Assembly (NCBI GenBank): GCA_964618725.1
Contig: CAZUBK010000001.1
Span: 2,079-66,078, forward strand
Source of the DNA: an uncultured Pseudomonadales bacterium
Lineage (GTDB): Bacteria > Patescibacteriota > Microgenomatia > UBA1400 > Chazhemtobacteraceae
Reading direction: 5' to 3'
Length of the DNA: 64,000 bases
Below, one piece after another: positions 46,834-56,665 of this stretch. The number at the start of each line of letters is the position of its first letter. The stretch's first letter is position 1. Both the position numbers and the translations under genes were made by a program. The notes beneath the pieces were generated by a model. It searched no databases. It was given only the letters and a program-made list of their open reading frames with translations, and was not told where the DNA came from.

Positions 46834-48825
46834 ATGAAGGACGATTTTTTAGACATTCGAAATCATGGATTTTTACGGGTAGCAGTGGTCAGTCCAAGAG
46901 TTTATGTGGCCGATCCGAAGAAAAACGTGGTAGAACATTTAGGCTGGGTAACTAGAGAGGCTTTACGGGGAGCTCAGTTGATTGTCTTTCCCGAATTGAG
47001 TCTATCTGGATATACCTGTCAAGATCTTTTTCTATCGACAGCGCTACAAGAGACGTGTCTAACGGCCCTTCAGGCGCTGCTTGAGGGAACTGCTAAGACA
47101 AACTCGTTAATTGTAGTGGGAATGCCACTAAAAGTGGGGGACAAACTATTTAATGTAGCGGTGGTGATATTGTTAGGAAGGATATTGGCGGTGGTGCCAA
47201 AGACATATTTACCGGATTATCGAGAGTTTAGAGAAACGAGATGGTTTGCTACAAGCAGACACACAACTGAAAAAGAAATTGAAGTCTTAGGTCAGCGGGT
47301 GGCCTTTGGAAGCGTTTTGATTGTATCAGAGAGGTATCCAGAGTTAGTTATGGCTGTCGATATCTGTGAGGATCTGTGGATGCCGATCCCGCCAAGTACC
47401 TTTGCCTCGCTGAAAGGAGCGACCGTTTTAGTTAACTTATCCTCTTCGAACATGACGCTGACCAAGGACGAGTACCGAAAAGAGTTGGTGGTTTCATCTT
47501 CGGCTAAGAATGTGGCGGTGCAGCTATATGTATCGAGTGGGTTTGGTGAATCGACGACAGATTGTGCTTGGGATGGACAGGGGCTTATTGCCGATCGAGG
47601 AATCTTGCTGGCGGAAACTGAAAGATATCAAATGGAGGGATCGTGTGCTCTGAGTGACGTGGATTTGACGACACTGGTGGCAGATAGATTGAGAATGAGT
47701 TCATTTAGAGATAATGGAGAGGTGGTAACAGGGGAATTTGAAAAAGTAAGATTCGGCGAAAAGTTAGGTGGTGGCGAGAAAGAATATCAGGAGCTAAAAA
47801 GAGATTACTCGCCGTGGCCGTTTGTGCCGCAAGACAAGGGACAGAGAGACAGACGATGTGAGGAGGTATTTAAGATCCAGGCAACGTCTTTGAGTCGGCG
47901 ATTATTGACATTACCTGAGGCAAAGAGAAGATTAGTAGTGGGGGTGTCCGGAGGCCTTGATTCAACTCAGGCCTTGTTGGTGGCGGCCAAAACGATGGAT
48001 CTGTTGAAGTTACCAAGGAAAAATATTGTCGGAGTAACTATGCCCGGTTTTGGGACGACAAACCGAACTTATGCCAATGCGGTTGAGCTGATTAAGTCGA
48101 TTGGAGCAACGTTTAAAGAGATTCCAATCAAAGATGTGGCAACACTCTTGTTTACCAAAGTGGGACAAGACAGTAAAGTTCATGATCTGACATTTGAGAA
48201 TACGCAGGCGTGGAGCAGAAAGTATGTTGAGTTGGTGGTGGCGAGTAAAGAAGGTGGATTGGTCTTGGGAACAGGGGATCTATCAGAGCTCTGGCTTGGT
48301 TGGTGCACGATGTATGGAGATCATGCGAGCCACTATGGTATTAATAGTGGGGTGCCAAAGACACTTATTTCCCACTTAGTTAGATGGGTGGCAGAAGTGG
48401 AGTTTGCTAGCGAAAAGAAGGTGAGGGAAGTGCTGCTAGATATTCTCGACACACCGGTGTCTCCGGAGCTGTTACCGGCAAGGTCAGGCAAAATTACACA
48501 AAAAACGGAGGAAATAGTCGGTCCGTATGAGCTACATGACTTCTTTGGTTATTACTTTGTCAGATTCGGGATGAAACCGTCTAAGATTGCTAGAATTGCC
48601 CTGGCAGCCTTTGAGGGGAAATATGGAATTGGAGAGATAAAGAAGTGGTTACGAATTTTCTTGACTCGATTTTTCGCTAATCAATTTAAGCGATCAGTTT
48701 TGCCGGATGGACCAAAAGTAGGCTCAGTTAGCCCCTCGCCGAGGGATGAGTGGCGGATGCCGTCGGACATTGCTGTGACGAATGTCTGGATGAAAGATTG
48801 GGAAAAAATACCCAAAAAGCTCTAG
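46834..48825 (+). CDS. nadE: Glutamine-dependent NAD+ synthetase
   Basis: Nitrilase triad FPEL/PKT/ICED; GVSGGLDS, TGDLSE, QFKRS. Confidence 0.95.
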   Translation: MKDDFLDIRNHGFLRVAVVSPRVYVADPKKNVVEHLGWVTREALRGAQLIVFPELSLSGYTCQDLFLSTALQETCLTALQALLEGTAKTNSLIVVGMPLKVGDKLFNVAVVILLGRILAVVPKTYLPDYREFRETRWFATSRHTTEKEIEVLGQRVAFGSVLIVSERYPELVMAVDICEDLWMPIPPSTFASLKGATVLVNLSSSNMTLTKDEYRKELVVSSSAKNVAVQLYVSSGFGESTTDCAWDGQGLIADRGILLAETERYQMEGSCALSDVDLTTLVADRLRMSSFRDNGEVVTGEFEKVRFGEKLGGGEKEYQELKRDYSPWPFVPQDKGQRDRRCEEVFKIQATSLSRRLLTLPEAKRRLVVGVSGGLDSTQALLVAAKTMDLLKLPRKNIVGVTMPGFGTTNRTYANAVELIKSIGATFKEIPIKDVATLLFTKVGQDSKVHDLTFENTQAWSRKYVELVVASKEGGLVLGTGDLSELWLGWCTMYGDHASHYGINSGVPKTLISHLVRWVAEVEFASEKKVREVLLDILDTPVSPELLPARSGKITQKTEEIVGPYELHDFFGYYFVRFGMKPSKIARIALAAFEGKYGIGEIKKWLRIFLTRFFANQFKRSVLPDGPKVGSVSPSPRDEWRMPSDIAVTNVWMKDWEKIPKKL

Positions 48826-48853
48826 TTGTTTTCGATACTGGTATATTGTTGTC

Positions 48854-49495
48854 ATGAATCCAGAGAGGCTGCGATTTGTATTTATTAACGGAAAGGGATC
48901 GGCGGGTAAGGATACTCAGGCGGATGTTTTGTGTGAAAAAACAAAGGGAGCGGTTCGGATTTCAACGGGGGACATATACCGGGGAGCGAGAACGCCAGAT
49001 GGCCCTTTTGGTCAGTTTCACTATTTATTAGAGCCGTATATAGATTCGGTTGATAAGGGGGGTTATTTCCCAGATGAGATAATGCTTGAGATAGTGGCTA
49101 AAGTAATTGAGAAGGAGATAGAGCAAGGACATATCAACTTTATTTTTACCGGATTTCCCAGAACGGTTGAGCAACTAATGGGGGTTGATCGAATGCTTAA
49201 AGAGATGGGGAGAGAATATGATTTAGAGTCGGCATTTATATATCTGGCGGTATTGGACCAACAGTCAAGAGGTCGAGCAAAAAAGAGACGTGATGAAGCC
49301 GAGAGGGAAAAGGCGGCGATACGCGCGGATGACATGCCAGATGTAGTGGAAAGACGACTCAATGTCTTTGATCAGAAAACGAGGCCGATGTTGAGAAAAT
49401 TGATTGCCGAAGAGAGGCTATGCATTGTCAGGGCGAATCGGGAGATTGATGAGGTGACAGACAGTCTTATGCTTATGCTGAAAATCAAACAGTAG
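48854..49495 (+). CDS. Adenylate kinase-like nucleoside monophosphate kinase
   Basis: GKGSAGKDTQA, ISTGD, GFPRT, RADD. Confidence 0.85.
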   Translation: MNPERLRFVFINGKGSAGKDTQADVLCEKTKGAVRISTGDIYRGARTPDGPFGQFHYLLEPYIDSVDKGGYFPDEIMLEIVAKVIEKEIEQGHINFIFTGFPRTVEQLMGVDRMLKEMGREYDLESAFIYLAVLDQQSRGRAKKRRDEAEREKAAIRADDMPDVVERRLNVFDQKTRPMLRKLIAEERLCIVRANREIDEVTDSLMLMLKIKQ

Positions 49496-49517
49496 TGTAA
49501 ATAGATATACTGCTTGT

Positions 49518-50144
49518 ATGTGTTTTTCAGCTGGAGCTAGCTTTGCGGCGGGGGGTGGACTGATGGCATCTGGAGTGGCATCTTGGCGAATGGCCCCGAA
49601 AAAACTGAGGATGGTGGCAGTGATACCTCTTTTATTCGCAACTCAGCAAATTCTTGAGGGAGGACAGTGGTTGGTACTTAGAACGGGAGTCAGCCACCAG
49701 ATGTTGGGTCTTGGCTACGTTTTTTTTGCCTTTGTTTTTTGGCCAACATATATACCTCTGATTGTTTACAAGCTAGACAAAGAAAGAAGACGTACTTTGA
49801 GTTGGTTCTTGTGTTTGGGAATTGTCGTGTCGCTATATTTGTTGTTTCTTACAATGACAAGACCACTGTTGATATCGATATGTGGTGCTAGTCTTTTTTA
49901 CCGAATTGCAACACGTTATGCTGTACTTATTGGGGTCATGTATCTGAGCGCTGTATGTGGTTCCTTGTTGGCGAGTTCGAAGAGAGAAATTCGGATTTTT
50001 GGGGCGGCCGTCCTACTTTCGGCAATTATTTCAGGAAAACTGTATTTTATTAACTTTGTCTCGGTTTGGTGCTTTTTTGCGGCAGTGTTGAGTTCACTGA
50101 TTGTTTTTTACATTTGGAAAGAGAATAGACACAGGAAGAAATGA
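49518..50144 (+). CDS. Multi-pass membrane protein (MCFSA...SVWCFFAA family)
   Basis: MCFSAGASF start, QQILEG, SVWCFFAA. Confidence 0.75.
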   Translation: MCFSAGASFAAGGGLMASGVASWRMAPKKLRMVAVIPLLFATQQILEGGQWLVLRTGVSHQMLGLGYVFFAFVFWPTYIPLIVYKLDKERRRTLSWFLCLGIVVSLYLLFLTMTRPLLISICGASLFYRIATRYAVLIGVMYLSAVCGSLLASSKREIRIFGAAVLLSAIISGKLYFINFVSVWCFFAAVLSSLIVFYIWKENRHRKK

Positions 50145-51214
50145 AGATCGCAAAGGAATTTGGTGTTGGAATCATATATTTGAGCACCATATCCTTTTTG
50201 ATGATGGATGTGTATGGAAACATAAATAGGGTGAAGGACTTGTTGGGAGTGGATTCGGCAGCATTTATGTTTTTGGGGTTAGTTGGCTTATTAGTTCTTA
50301 GGTTTAAAGGAAAGTCGAGATTGTCGATGTCGATGATAACGATCAATAATTTATTGGTTTTACCAATCGGACTACTAGCCGGTTCATTATTGGCGTTGGT
50401 TGATTTCTTTACTTCAACCAACTTTGTTTTTTCTCAGACGCTACTTAATCACCAGAGAATCTTGATAATCGGGATATTTGGTTTGATTTGCGTTTTGATT
50501 AACCTACCGAGACGGTGGATAAAAAAGAACTTCTTTTCGATTGAGTTGCTATCTGTCCCGACTGTCTGGTTCATCTTTTTTGTTATTTCCTTGTGGCCAT
50601 TCGATGTGTTTCAACGTCTAGTTTACGAAGATGCTTTAGTAGAAAACTTGCAGGAACTGATATTGGCCTTTTGTATGGTCACAACATTCAAAATAGCCTA
50701 CAAACTATACCGAACGAAAGGGTGGGGAAAACTAGCAATACTTTTTACCTTAATGGGAGTCGTGATTATCGGAGTGGCTTTGGAGGAGATCTCGTGGGGA
50801 CAGAGGATACTGCAGGTCACATCACCTTCTTTCTTTGTCGAAAAGAACTTGCAACAAGAAACTAATCTTCACAATCTGATTGAGTTTTCAATTACTCAGA
50901 TTGGATATGTGGTGTTTGGCTTGGTGGCGGGCCTGGCGTGGTTACTCGTTCCAAACAAGGCGGCGAAAAAGCCGAAGATAAAGGAGTTGAAAAAGAACTG
51001 GTTGGGGTATTTGATTCCAAGCAGGTATACTTGCGTACATTTTTTGGTAGCAGCAGTATACTTTAGTTATACGGCCATTAATCTGAGGCACGGGATCACT
51101 GTCTGGGGAGAAGTGATAGAGCTGATTTTGTATCTTGGAATGGCTATGTACTTAGTGGAAAGACAGTGGCTAGTCGTACCCTCAGCGAAAATGTTCAAAA
51201 GGCGTAAATCGTGA
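50141..51214 (+). CDS. Multi-pass membrane protein
   Basis: EDALVENL, EEISWGQR, NLQQETNLHN motifs. Confidence 0.7.
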   Translation: MKIAKEFGVGIIYLSTISFLMMDVYGNINRVKDLLGVDSAAFMFLGLVGLLVLRFKGKSRLSMSMITINNLLVLPIGLLAGSLLALVDFFTSTNFVFSQTLLNHQRILIIGIFGLICVLINLPRRWIKKNFFSIELLSVPTVWFIFFVISLWPFDVFQRLVYEDALVENLQELILAFCMVTTFKIAYKLYRTKGWGKLAILFTLMGVVIIGVALEEISWGQRILQVTSPSFFVEKNLQQETNLHNLIEFSITQIGYVVFGLVAGLAWLLVPNKAAKKPKIKELKKNWLGYLIPSRYTCVHFLVAAVYFSYTAINLRHGITVWGEVIELILYLGMAMYLVERQWLVVPSAKMFKRRKS

Positions 51215-51235
51215 AGTTGAGACCTTTTAAGAGGG

Positions 51236-52114
51236 TTGTGGGGTAAAATTGGAAGAGTGATAGAGCGATCAATACCTAGGGAACACGAAAATAAACTAGA
51301 AAAGGACTTCATTTCCTCATATCTGGCTGGGGAGTCGGTAGAGTCTTTGGTGATGCGTTTTCCGTATTCTGAGGCACATGGATATCGACTGCTAGATAAA
51401 TGGGGAGTAATTAAGTCGGCGGGGAGATCACAGAGTCCGTTTGGTAAGGCGGTATATTTTCTGACCAAGCTAGTGGAGACCAAACTTCCTCTTGAACAAC
51501 TCTATTATCGTCATATGCCTCCATCAATCAAGGAGGCGATCTCGCGGTCTACACTACATCGGATTGCCAGACATGCACGCCAGGGCTTAACTAGAACTAA
51601 GGGAACAGCTCTTATTGCAACATTAGAAAATGATCCAACTCAGATACTGGTTGGACAAGATATATCGATTCCCAATCCAAGAGTGGGGAAGTTCTTTGGG
51701 GCATTGTCGTACCCAATGACCTACTCGGTAGCCGGTGAGGCACCACAGACGGCGATAACTCGAGTGCTACAACAAGAAGTGTTGTCAAGCAGCGTTTTGA
51801 ATCGGTCATTTAATCTTGGTTTGGTTAACTTTGATGTCCAGCCGATGATGAATATCATCATCGCTGATGTTGATGTTTCGGTCTATCACATTGCCATTCC
51901 AACAAAATTGGTAGATTCTCTAGCGAGTTCTAAACTAGCACATCTGCGCTTTGCGCCAGTGACAGAAGTGGCAACACTGCCGGCAGTTGACTCTAAGGTG
52001 AGGGCGGGGGTGAGAGAAATAGCTTTGGGATACTTGGACTATCTTTATCAGGATCAGGAATACGATAGCTTGATTTGTCAGTTGAACACGGAGTTGGCGC
52101 TTCTTGGTGCCTGA
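51236..52114 (+). CDS. Hypothetical protein: HTH-like N-terminus plus degenerate Nudix-like domain
   Basis: ISRSTLHRI; GEAPQTAITRVLQQEV Nudix-like box. Confidence 0.5.
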   Translation: MWGKIGRVIERSIPREHENKLEKDFISSYLAGESVESLVMRFPYSEAHGYRLLDKWGVIKSAGRSQSPFGKAVYFLTKLVETKLPLEQLYYRHMPPSIKEAISRSTLHRIARHARQGLTRTKGTALIATLENDPTQILVGQDISIPNPRVGKFFGALSYPMTYSVAGEAPQTAITRVLQQEVLSSSVLNRSFNLGLVNFDVQPMMNIIIADVDVSVYHIAIPTKLVDSLASSKLAHLRFAPVTEVATLPAVDSKVRAGVREIALGYLDYLYQDQEYDSLICQLNTELALLGA

Positions 52115-52160
52115 GGCCTACCAGTGGTAAAATATACTTGTCGAAGTTATTCGACGGTTT

Positions 52161-52232
52161 TGCCGGGTGGTGTAATGGCAACACGCTTCCCTTTGGAGGA
52201 AGATAGTCTAGGTTCGAGCCCTAGCCCGGCAA
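52161..52232 (+). tRNA. tRNA-Gln(TTG)
   Basis: TGCCGGG/CCCGGCA acceptor stem, CTTCC-CTTTGGA-GGAAG anticodon arm, GGTTCGA T-loop. Confidence 0.95.
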
Positions 52233-52318
52233 CAACACTTTTGGAGTTATTCATAGCCATAAAAACCTTGGGAGTGGAGTGGTTTGCTCCAACTCCCAGG
52301 GCATAAACTAGAACCGTC

Positions 52319-52678
52319 CTATCTGAAAGACAATAGGTAAAAGACATTCCCCGATGACATCATCACCCCGACCGTGCCTGGGCTATTGATGGTAATGTGG
52401 TGTAATTCGCCATCAGCAGGGATGGTGAATTCGCACCAGAGCGCTCCACAGGTTTCTGTTCTCTCATCTAGAGTTACTTCAAATGCGTATGGTCCCGCCG
52501 CCGAGGTTCTAACATAGATTGGCTGCGATCTAGAATAGACATATATTTCACCATACTCACTTAGCACAGATGTGTGTTCACGATGAGCTGGAACACTGAC
52601 AATCCAGACAATTAATTCGATGATCAACCCCACAAAAATCAACGTTGTGTAGATCCAGGCAAACTTTTTTTGAGGCAC
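52319..52678 (-). CDS. Hypothetical membrane-anchored protein
   Basis: N-terminal TM; SD-like AAGGTG; hairpin 52266-52300 downstream. Confidence 0.55.
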   Translation of the reverse strand: MPQKKFAWIYTTLIFVGLIIELIVWIVSVPAHREHTSVLSEYGEIYVYSRSQPIYVRTSAAGPYAFEVTLDERTETCGALWCEFTIPADGELHHITINSPGTVGVMMSSGNVFYLLSFR

Positions 52679-52740
52679 CTTAACACCTTTCTATGTATGA
52701 AGGATCATATTAAAGATCTGCTGGAAATAATCTTACACCC

Positions 52741-52918
52741 CGTATTCTAGTTTCGATCGTCACACCTGAGCATTTTTAACTAATTTGTAATATACCTCAT
52801 TGGCGGTCATGAATCCATGTATTTTTCTCGGTCTGTTGTTGATCTCTTTGATGACGGCTTGGAGTTCTTGTTCGCTAACGGTAGAGAAGTCTGTTCCTTT
52901 AGGAAAGTAGTATCTAAT
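52741..52918 (-). mobile_element. IS30-family remnant (transposase C-terminus plus right end)
   Basis: Minus strand translates IRYYFPKGTDFSTVSEQELQAVIKEINNRPRKIHGFMTANEV...; stop at 52760-62. Confidence 0.85.
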
Positions 52919-52932
52919 TCAGAGAATTGGAA

Positions 52933-55029
52933 TTATTTAACCGGTATAATTTCCACTGGGGCAGCATACAGCGTCTCCACTTTGGAATATTGGGTCAGGG
53001 TAAGTCTTTTTGTCTCTTCGAGATAGAAGAGTCGACCGACACAGCGATTGTTGCCCGTTAGTGTTTCATCAAAGAGAAGATAGTAGTCGTTTGGTTCGAG
53101 TTTGGCGTTGGTATTGGGTAGGGCATTGCACGAAGCGAGAAACCAGAGGCCTTTTTGGAGATTGAAGGCTTGATCGAAGACCACAAGTGGGGTTATTTTT
53201 TTGGGATTAATACTGATCTGATTCTGAGTTAGCTTTTCCAGTAGATCTTGGTGGTGGAAGGCGGTGTAATAGGGAGTAAGGAGGTCATAAGAGACATCTA
53301 GTTGGCGGAATAGAGCAACCCAGGGATTGGTGTCTTTTTTTACCCAAATCTTGTTATTGAGAATCAAGAGATCGGCGGGATTGCGAGAGAAGAAGTCAAA
53401 AAGTTGGTCAAGCTGTTGATTCTTGCTGGCGATGACATCTTTAATGCCCCGTCCGATTGTTTCTTGATGAAAGATAGCCGTGGCTCGATCTTCATACTCT
53501 TTGTGTTCTTGACCGAACTTACCGGTAAAGTAGGCGTAGGAGTCATAGAGATAGGGGGAAATAATGCCTTTGCTGGCAAGAGAGGGGATCAGTTCTACCC
53601 ACTTGGCATTGTCGACTGAGGAGAGAGAGGTTTCTTTAGAGAGCGATCTAACTCTTTGGATCAATTCGCTCTCTGAAGGATTCATAAATTCGCGGGACTG
53701 GTAGTGTTTTTTGGTTTCTAGATAAAGGCCCTTGGCACCAATACCGATGGTGATAACGGCAAGAATCACGAGAAAGATATGAACAAACGACCTCTTTGAG
53801 TACTTGTCGACAACAGCAAAGACGACAATTGGAAGACTGAGCCAAATGGGGATGGAGGTTCTCATGCTGAAGTCATTAAAAGTAGGGGTACGAATAAACC
53901 AAGTTACAGCGAGGATGAGAAAGTAGCTGGCAATATAAAGGGGCTGACGAAAAGGCTTGAAGACTAGCAGAAATGGGGTGAGAAAGACAAATGGGCCGTA
54001 TTTGATAAAGAAGGTATAGATGACGTTGATCGAGTAATAGGGGGTGGCGTTGTAGGGATCTAGAGTAAAGCGGTAGAAGAGATTATTTCGATCATTAAAG
54101 AGAAGTAGGTAGGGGATGAGGATCAGCCCAGTTAGGAGTCCACTCTTGATTAGAGTAACTCGAAGATGTTTCTTGAAGATAAAAATCAAAGATAACCAAA
54201 TTATTAGGGTGATTGAGACAAATAGACTGGTGAGCAAGACCATGGTGGAAAAGAGAGTAATCAGAAGGGCAGATGATTTTTTGTAGAGAAGTTGATAGAC
54301 GGTCCAAACGGTTATAGAGGCGGCTAGAAAGTGCTGGGGGGCAAAGAGAAGGGATTTGTAGACATTAATCAGCTGTAAGCCTTCGTCATTTTGGAGTTGT
54401 CCATGGGTGTTAAAGACAAAGGCAATAGCGTCTACGCCAAGTCCGCTGAGAACAAGTCCTATGGCCATGAAGCGATAGAGAGGTCGTTTGATAAAGTTGC
54501 CTATCAAAAAAGCGATTGACAATAAGGAAAAGGTATTGGTAAGGAGGATGTACCAGAAGGTGACTAAGGCGCCGGGGAGTTGACTGAGTCGGACGATGAG
54601 GGCAGGGAGAAGGTAGTAACCGAAGTAGTAGGAGAGTTTAGCTTTGGGGAAATATGGATTTTGAGGTGGGAAGCCATCCTTGGCGATTTGATTGACGATG
54701 TAAGTATGTTTGTAGTAGTCGCCGACGTCGGTCAGCTGAATATGTTCAAAGTTGTCAATCTTTTTGGTAATAATGAAGGGGGAGACAGAGAAACCGGTAA
54801 TGGCAATGACTGAGAAAATCATTATTACCAGGAGGAGATTGGTTTTATTCTTAAGAAAAGAAAGTAGCTCCTGTTGAGACTGAGACCGAAACCGCTTGAG
54901 CCACATGAAGCTTCCGAAAAGACCGAGTATGGTGCTGATAAGCCAGATGGGAGTACTATTACCGAACACAATAAGTCCCAGATACAAAGAGATGGAGACA
55001 AGCGAGAATGGCACTAATAATAGATCCAT
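52933..55029 (-). CDS. Large polytopic membrane protein, GT-C-like
   Basis: Many TMs; GDYYKH..PPQNPYF..LSYYFGYY loop; divergent from a GT2 gene. Confidence 0.55.
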   Translation of the reverse strand: MDLLLVPFSLVSISLYLGLIVFGNSTPIWLISTILGLFGSFMWLKRFRSQSQQELLSFLKNKTNLLLVIMIFSVIAITGFSVSPFIITKKIDNFEHIQLTDVGDYYKHTYIVNQIAKDGFPPQNPYFPKAKLSYYFGYYLLPALIVRLSQLPGALVTFWYILLTNTFSLLSIAFLIGNFIKRPLYRFMAIGLVLSGLGVDAIAFVFNTHGQLQNDEGLQLINVYKSLLFAPQHFLAASITVWTVYQLLYKKSSALLITLFSTMVLLTSLFVSITLIIWLSLIFIFKKHLRVTLIKSGLLTGLILIPYLLLFNDRNNLFYRFTLDPYNATPYYSINVIYTFFIKYGPFVFLTPFLLVFKPFRQPLYIASYFLILAVTWFIRTPTFNDFSMRTSIPIWLSLPIVVFAVVDKYSKRSFVHIFLVILAVITIGIGAKGLYLETKKHYQSREFMNPSESELIQRVRSLSKETSLSSVDNAKWVELIPSLASKGIISPYLYDSYAYFTGKFGQEHKEYEDRATAIFHQETIGRGIKDVIASKNQQLDQLFDFFSRNPADLLILNNKIWVKKDTNPWVALFRQLDVSYDLLTPYYTAFHHQDLLEKLTQNQISINPKKITPLVVFDQAFNLQKGLWFLASCNALPNTNAKLEPNDYYLLFDETLTGNNRCVGRLFYLEETKRLTLTQYSKVETLYAAPVEIIPVK

Positions 55030-55068
55030 GGTAGGTTTTGAATATATTTGATTTTGAAGAGAATCACA

Positions 55069-55791
55069 ATGCAAAAGAGAATCCATTTATCTATCGTCAT
55101 CCCGGTGTACAACGAGGAGAAGCGACTCAAAAGTCTAAAGAAGGTATTTGCGTTTCTTGAAAGACAAGAATTTGGGAGTGAGCTAATTGTGGTTAATGAC
55201 GGTAGTACCGATAAGACACAGGAGAAACTTAGGTTGCTGCAAGGAAGATATCCCTTGCTACTTGTGACGTATCGTTCCAATAGGGGTAAGGGTTATGCAA
55301 TTAGACGGGGAATGTTGAAGGCAAGGGGTAGGCATCGACTCTTTTTGGATGTCGATCTCTCTACTCCATTAAAGGAATTTGAGAAGATGGTGCCTTTTTT
55401 AGAGACATATGAAGTAATTATTGGTTCGCGTAAAATGAAAGGGGCCAAACTTCGAAAAAGGCAACCAATTATAAGACAAACTCTGGGCAGGGTATTTACT
55501 CAGCTTTCTCGGTGGATTCTTAACGTGCCAGTAAGCGATTTTACTTGTGGTTTTAAGTGCTTTTCGGCGCGATCAACACGGAATATTTTTTCTCGAGCAC
55601 AGATAAACAGGTGGGGGTTTGATTCTGAGATTTTATTCTTAGCGAAAAAAATGGGTCACCAGATTAAAGAAGTTCCGGTAGAGTGGAAAAACGATATCAA
55701 TACAAAAGTTAGGTTTCCCCACGATATCGTTAACTCACTCAAAGAATTGCTGGAGGTAAGAAAGAATGAAATATTGGGTCGATATAACTAA
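55069..55791 (+). CDS. GT2 polyprenyl-phosphate glycosyltransferase
   Basis: SIVIPVYNEE, VNDGSTDKT, NRGKG, DVDLS, DFTCGFK, WGFDSE. Confidence 0.92.
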   Translation: MQKRIHLSIVIPVYNEEKRLKSLKKVFAFLERQEFGSELIVVNDGSTDKTQEKLRLLQGRYPLLLVTYRSNRGKGYAIRRGMLKARGRHRLFLDVDLSTPLKEFEKMVPFLETYEVIIGSRKMKGAKLRKRQPIIRQTLGRVFTQLSRWILNVPVSDFTCGFKCFSARSTRNIFSRAQINRWGFDSEILFLAKKMGHQIKEVPVEWKNDINTKVRFPHDIVNSLKELLEVRKNEILGRYN

Positions 55792-55838
55792 GCTGATATA
55801 CTGTGACTTAGCTTGGTTTGTACTTTAAAAGGAGATGA

Positions 55839-56486
55839 GTGGTGGAAGCTAAAGAGAGCTTTGTCATCAATGCGATTGGACATGGGCCTTTGTGGCCAGC
55901 TGATCTTGGTCCGATTGATGTAGCCAAGTGGTTGTCCACAATTGGAGTCAGATATGAAGTGATTAATGAAGGAAGGCTGAAAGTATTTGTTGATGATTGG
56001 GAACTAATTAAGATTGGAGGGTCATGGTTTTTCCGGAATCAAGAAAAAGGTCACTATTTGTTCAATTGCCGGCCGACGGAGATCGATGATGAGGCGGTTG
56101 AGCCATTCTTAGACCAATTGGTTGGGTGGGTGGTCTGTGATGGCAGTGTTTGGTATGAGCAGGGTAGACAGAGATTCTTGGTAGAGATTGAGGGGGATGG
56201 AGAGCGCGAACTGCTTGTAAAATGGCTTACATATCTCAAGCTAGACTTTGAACAGAAAACAGAAAAACAAATTGAGGTGACCATTTTTGGTACTAGTTGG
56301 GAGCTGTTCTTTGTGGCGCCTGAATGGACATTGTCTTACTACCCTCCTCAAAAAGGGTGGGTACAAGTATTAGAGGTGTATCCTTTGGAAGTGGATGGAG
56401 GAAATCTTAAAAACTGGTCTGCCCCAAGTGTCTTTTTCTACTTCTTAAGCTTTGAGGAGTACGAAGAGGCCTTGAAAAATAGTTGA
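55839..56486 (+). CDS. Hypothetical protein
   Basis: SD AAGGAG; followed by a terminator at 56502-56527. Confidence 0.6.
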   Translation: MVEAKESFVINAIGHGPLWPADLGPIDVAKWLSTIGVRYEVINEGRLKVFVDDWELIKIGGSWFFRNQEKGHYLFNCRPTEIDDEAVEPFLDQLVGWVVCDGSVWYEQGRQRFLVEIEGDGERELLVKWLTYLKLDFEQKTEKQIEVTIFGTSWELFFVAPEWTLSYYPPQKGWVQVLEVYPLEVDGGNLKNWSAPSVFFYFLSFEEYEEALKNS

Positions 56487-56547
56487 TAAATAAATGAAAT
56501 GAAGCGCTGAGTAATCGGCGCTTTTTTGGGAACATATGCTCCACTAG

Positions 56548-56665
56548 GGAGCTGGTGACCGTAATTGGCTCGAACCTAAGAGATTTGGTAACTCCAGATT
56601 TGACTCTTCAGTTAAATGCTTTGAAAGCACATATTAATATCAAAAGTTTCCGATTTACTGATTAA
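56548..56665 (+). repeat. att-like junction plus orphan coding tail, copy 1
   Basis: GGAGCTGGTGACCGTAATTGGCTCGAACCT, translating ELVTVIGSNLRDLVTPDLTLQLNALKAHINI... Confidence 0.55.

Noticed and set aside
52124-52347. Short ORFs overlapping tRNA-Gln
   Set aside because: Explained by the tRNA and the adjacent terminator.
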